A stretch of DNA of 63,872 bases, counting the filler, from Octopus bimaculoides (lineage: Eukaryota), in assembly GCF_001194135.2 (NCBI RefSeq). It is 4 parts of 4 records of this genome, joined end to end, with 100 filler letters (N's around TTAATTAATTAA, not from the genome) between each part and the next. Parts side by side here need not be neighbours in the genome. Positions count along the whole stretch, not along the records: positions 35,420 to 60,801 come from NC_068988.1; positions 60,902 to 63,872 come from NW_026321324.1; 2 more parts are not named here. The stretch is one strand, 5' to 3'. Below, piece by piece: positions 59,501-63,872 of the stretch (within the stretch, counting starts at the first letter, position 1; every line of letters begins with the position of its first letter). The position numbers and the translations under genes were made by a program. The notes beneath the pieces are model-generated. The model searched no databases, was not told the DNA's origin, and saw nothing but the letters and a program-made list of their open reading frames with translations.

Positions 59501-59734
59501 TATACATATATATACGGCGAACGCCTGTCACATACGTGTGTGTGTATTTGTGGATGTGTTTATCCTCCACCATTGTTCTGAGTTGTCCTTCATTCTCGTA
59601 AGTTTGAGCATCACTTTGGGGTTCATGGTTTATGATGATTACACATATTGTCATCGCATCATTGGTTTCATGGATAATCTGATTAGGCAAGGATAATATT
59701 TAATTAATAGTTTCTAGTTTTGAGAGGTACTGTG

Positions 59735-59776
<42 letters not shown>

Positions 59777-60465
59777 CATTGACAGGTCTTTGATGAGATA
59801 CGCAACTAAAGAATTTAAGAATGACAGCATCAAGAAAATAGAAAGAAATTTGTGAAAGAAAAAAACGAAGTATTTGAAGAAATATTAAATAGTGAAAAAT
59901 TAAAATGAGAAAAATTACCCAGAAAATTTCAAAATGAGAAGAAAATCAGATGAAAGACGTCACAAATGAAAAAAAATAATAAAGCCTGTATATAACGAAA
60001 AAAGTAAAACTGGAGTAAGTCCATAATTTGCATTTAAAATGGAGCAGATGATATTAAAATTAATATTTGAATATGACAGTTAAAAAAGGTATGCAAAATT
60101 TGAAAGAAAACTGAAAATTAAAAAATATTAAAAAATGGTAATGTTATAGGAGGAAGATGCTGATGAAGGTATAAGAAGAATAAAGATAAAATGAAATAAG
60201 TGTAGTAATTTCGGTGCTAAAAGAATAATGGTAATAAATGAAAAATATAATAATAATAATCATCTTTTCTGCTACAGGCACAAGGCCTGACATTTTGGGG
60301 AAGGAGACAAGTCGATTACATCGACCCCTGTGCGTAACTGGTACCTATTTCATCAACCCTGAAAGGATGAAAGGCAAAGTCGTACTCAGTGGCGTTTGAA
60401 CTCAGAATGTAAGACATGCCGCTAAGCATTTTGCCCAGCGTGTCAACGATTCTGCCAGCGCACCA

Positions 60466-60536
<71 letters not shown>

Positions 60537-60901
60537 TATACAACGCACAGAGGGTGGCAGGGGTTTTATACAGCTAGAAAACTATTATAAGATAACCACT
60601 ATAGGACTGCAAAAATACCTACTCCAGAAGCAAGGGAAACTAATACAAATAGCCACAAAACACGAGCGAAACAAAAAACTGTTTTCAGTATTTAAGGAAG
60701 CTGACAAATACAAACAAAAAATCAATCTACCTAACAAATACGAAGAAGAAGAAGAAGAAGAAGAAGAAGAAGAAGAAGAAGAAGAAGAAGAAGAAGAAGA
60801 ANNNNNNNNNNNNNNNNNNNNNNNNNNNNNNNNNNNNNNNNNNNNTTAATTAATTAANNNNNNNNNNNNNNNNNNNNNNNNNNNNNNNNNNNNNNNNNNN
60901 N

Positions 60902-63872
60902 GTTGTTTATGTCTACATTTAATTTACCGTTCGTGAAAGGAATTGAGTAATGTCTCTGAAATATTTATAACAGTAAAGTAGTTTATGTATACATTTAATT
61001 TGCCGTTTCTGAATAGAATTGGGTAATGTATCTAGGATGTATGTCTACATTTAATTTGGCGTTCGTGAAAGGAATTGGATAATGTAACTGTGATGTTTAT
61101 ATTAGTAAAGTTGTTTATGCCTACATTTAATTTGCCGTTCGTGAAAGGAATTGAATAATGTGTCTGAATGTTTATATCAGTAAGGTAGTTTGTATACATC
61201 TAATTTGCCGTTCGCGACAAGAATTGGGTAATGTATCTAATTGTTTATATTAGTAAAGTTGTTTACGTCTACATTTAATTTGCCGTTCGTGAAAGCAGAT
61301 GAGTAATGTATCTGGGATATTTGTATTAGTAAAGTTGTTTATGTCTACATTTAATTTGCCGTTCGTGAAAGGAATTGAGTAATGTATGTGCGATGTTTAT
61401 ATTAGTAAAGTTGTTTACGTCTACATTTAATTTGCCGTTCCTGAAAGGAATTTTGTAACGTGTCTGAATACTTAAGACAGTAACGTTGTTTATGTGTATA
61501 TTTAATTTGTTGTTCGTGAAACGAATTTTGTAATGTGTCTAAATATTTATGACAATAAAGTTGTTTATGTATAAATTTAATTTGCCGTTTCTGAAAATAA
61601 TTGGGTAATGTATCTTGGTTGTTTATATTAGTAAAGTTGTTTATGCTTACATTTAATTTGCCGTTCGTGAAAGGAATTGAGTAATGTATCTGGAATATTT
61701 ATAACAGTAAATAGTTTATGTATACATTTAATTTGCCATTCGTGAAGCGAATTTAGTAATGTGTCTGAATGTTTATATCAGTAAAGTAGTTTATGTATAC
61801 ATTTAATTTGCCGTTTCTAAATAGAATTGGGTAATGTATCTGGGATGTTTATATTAGTAAAGTTGTTTATGCCTACATTTAATTTGCCGTTCGTGAAAAG
61901 GAATTGAATAATGTGTCTGAATGTATATATCAGTAAAGTAGTTTGTATACATTTAATTTGCTGTTCGCGACAAGAATTGGGTAATGTATCTAAATTATCT
62001 ATATTAGTAAAGTTGTTTATGTCTACATTTAATTTACCGTTCGTGAAAGGAATTGAGTAATGTATCTGGAATATTTATAACAGTAAATAGTTTATGTATA
62101 CATTTAATTTGCCATTCGTGAAGCGAATTTAGTAATGTGTCTGAATGANNNNNNNNNNNNNNNNNNNNNNNNNNNNNNNNNNNNNNNNNNNNNNNNNNNN
62201 NNNNNNNNNNNNNNNNNNNNNNNNNNNNNNNNNNNNNNNNNNNNNNNNNNNNNNNNNNNNNNNNNNNNNNNNNNNNNNNNNNNNNNNNNNNNNNNNNNNN
62301 NNNNNNNNNNNNNNNNNNNNNNNATATATCAGTAAAGTAGTTTGTATACATTTAATTTGCTGTTCGCGACAAGAATTGGGTAATGTATCTAAATTATCTA
62401 TATTAGTAAAGTTGTTTATGTCTACATTTAATTTACCGTTCGTGAAAGGAATTGAGTAATGTATCTGGAATATTTATAACAGTAAATAGTTTATGTATAC
62501 ATTTAATTTGCCATTCGTGAAGCGAATTTAGTAATGTGTCTGAATGATTATATCAGTCAAGTAGTTTATGTCTACATCTAATTTGCCGTTCGTGAGAGGA
62601 ATTGGGTAATGTAACGGGGATGTTTATATTAGTAAAGTTTTTTATGCCTACATTTAATTTGCCGTTTCTGAATAGAATTGGGTAATGTATCTGGGATGTT
62701 TATATTAGTAAAGTAGTTTGTATACATTTAATTTGCCGTTCGCGACAAGAATTGGGTAATGTATCTAAATTGTTTATATTAGTAAAGTTGGTTATGTCTA
62801 CATTTAATTTGGCGTTCGTGAAAGGAATTGAGTACTGTATCTGGATGTTTATATCAGTAAATTAGTTTGTATAAATTTAATTTGCCGTTCGTGACAAGAA
62901 TTGGGTAATGTATCTAAATTGTTCATATTAGTAAAGTTGTGTATGTCTACATTTAATTTGCCGTTCGTGAAAGGAGATGAGTAATGTATCTGGGATATTT
63001 ATATTAGTAAATTTGCTTATGTATACATTTAATTTGCCGTTCGTGAAAGGAGATGAGTAATGTATCTAAATTATCTATATTAGTAAAGTTGTTTATGTCT
63101 ACATTTAATTTGCCGTTCGTGAAAGGAGATGAGTAATGTATCTGTGAAGTTTATAGTAGTAAAGTTGTTTATGTTTACATTTAATTTGCCGTTCGTGAAA
63201 GGAATTAGAGTAATGTATCTGGGATGTTTATATTAGTGAAGTCGTTTATGTCTACATTTAATTTTCCGTTCGTGAAATGAATTGAGTAATGAATCTGGGA
63301 TGTTTGTATTAGTAAAGTTGTTTATGTATACATTTAATTTGGTGTTCACGAAAGGAATTGAGTAATGTATCTGGAATATTTATATCAGTAAAGTAGTTAA
63401 TGTATACATTTAATTTGCTGTTCATGAAACGAATTTTGTAATGTGTCTGAATATTTATGACAGTAAAGTTGTTTATGTATAAATTTAATTTGCCGTTTCT
63501 AAAAATAATTGGGTAATGTATCTGGGATATTTATATTAGTAAAGTTGTTTACGTCTACATTTAATTTGCCGTTCCTGAAAGGAATTTTGTAATGTGTCTG
63601 AATATTTATGACAGTAACGTTGTTTATGTATACATTTAATTTGTTGTTCGCGAAAGGAATTGAGTAATGTATCTGGAATATTTATAACAGTAAAGTTGTT
63701 TATGTATACATTTAATTTGCCGTTCGTGAAACGAATTTTGTAATGTGTCTGACTATTTATGACAGTAAAGTTGTCTATGTTTAAATTTAATTTGCCGTTT
63801 CTGAATAGAATTGGGTAATGTGTCTGGGATGTTTATATTAGTAAAGTTGTTTATGTCTACATTTAATTTGCC
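60902..63872. repeat. Tandem satellite, about 76-bp monomer, at least 3 kb, runs off the window
   Basis: Monomer gttgtttatgtctacatttaatttgccgttcgtgaaaggaattgagtaatgtatctgggatgtttatattagtaaa; first two copies start at 60902 and 60978. Confidence 0.97.

Noticed and set aside
60902-63872. CRISPR-like appearance of the regular repeat
   Set aside because: No unique spacers; whole monomers are homologous; eukaryotic context with no cas genes

Overview
AT-rich eukaryotic (metazoan) genomic DNA with many assembly gaps. The SINE/LINE content, (TA)n/(CA)n tracts and intron sizes point to a coleoid cephalopod, most likely Octopus (inference). Three spliced genes are seen. (1) The 3' end of an unidentified Lys/Glu-rich gene on + (exons 829-1260, 3112-3296, 5390-5586, 10846-10924). 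(2) A cornichon (CNIH1/cni-type) gene on - (exons 20213-20145, 19288-19176, 15511-15365, 12617-12590); its first coding exon probably lies in the N-gap 28811-29104, and it is tail-to-tail with gene 1. (3) A tentative unidentified gene on - between about 54 and 37 kb, built from phase-compatible exons. The rest is tRNA-derived SINEs, RTE/L1-Tx1/CR1 fragments, several Penelope-like element (PLE) lineages, mariner, pogo/Tigger, hAT and piggyBac-type MITEs, microsatellites and a terminal 76-bp satellite. The most notable observations are an inverted copy of a coding exon placed so that the pre-mRNA could fold over the exon (candidate ADAR recoding hairpin, 50205-50456), a ~385-bp foldback in a cornichon intron, hammerhead-like motifs in PLE termini, and a back-to-back mariner composite. 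All family assignments are from motif recognition, not database searches; repeat boundaries are approximate.
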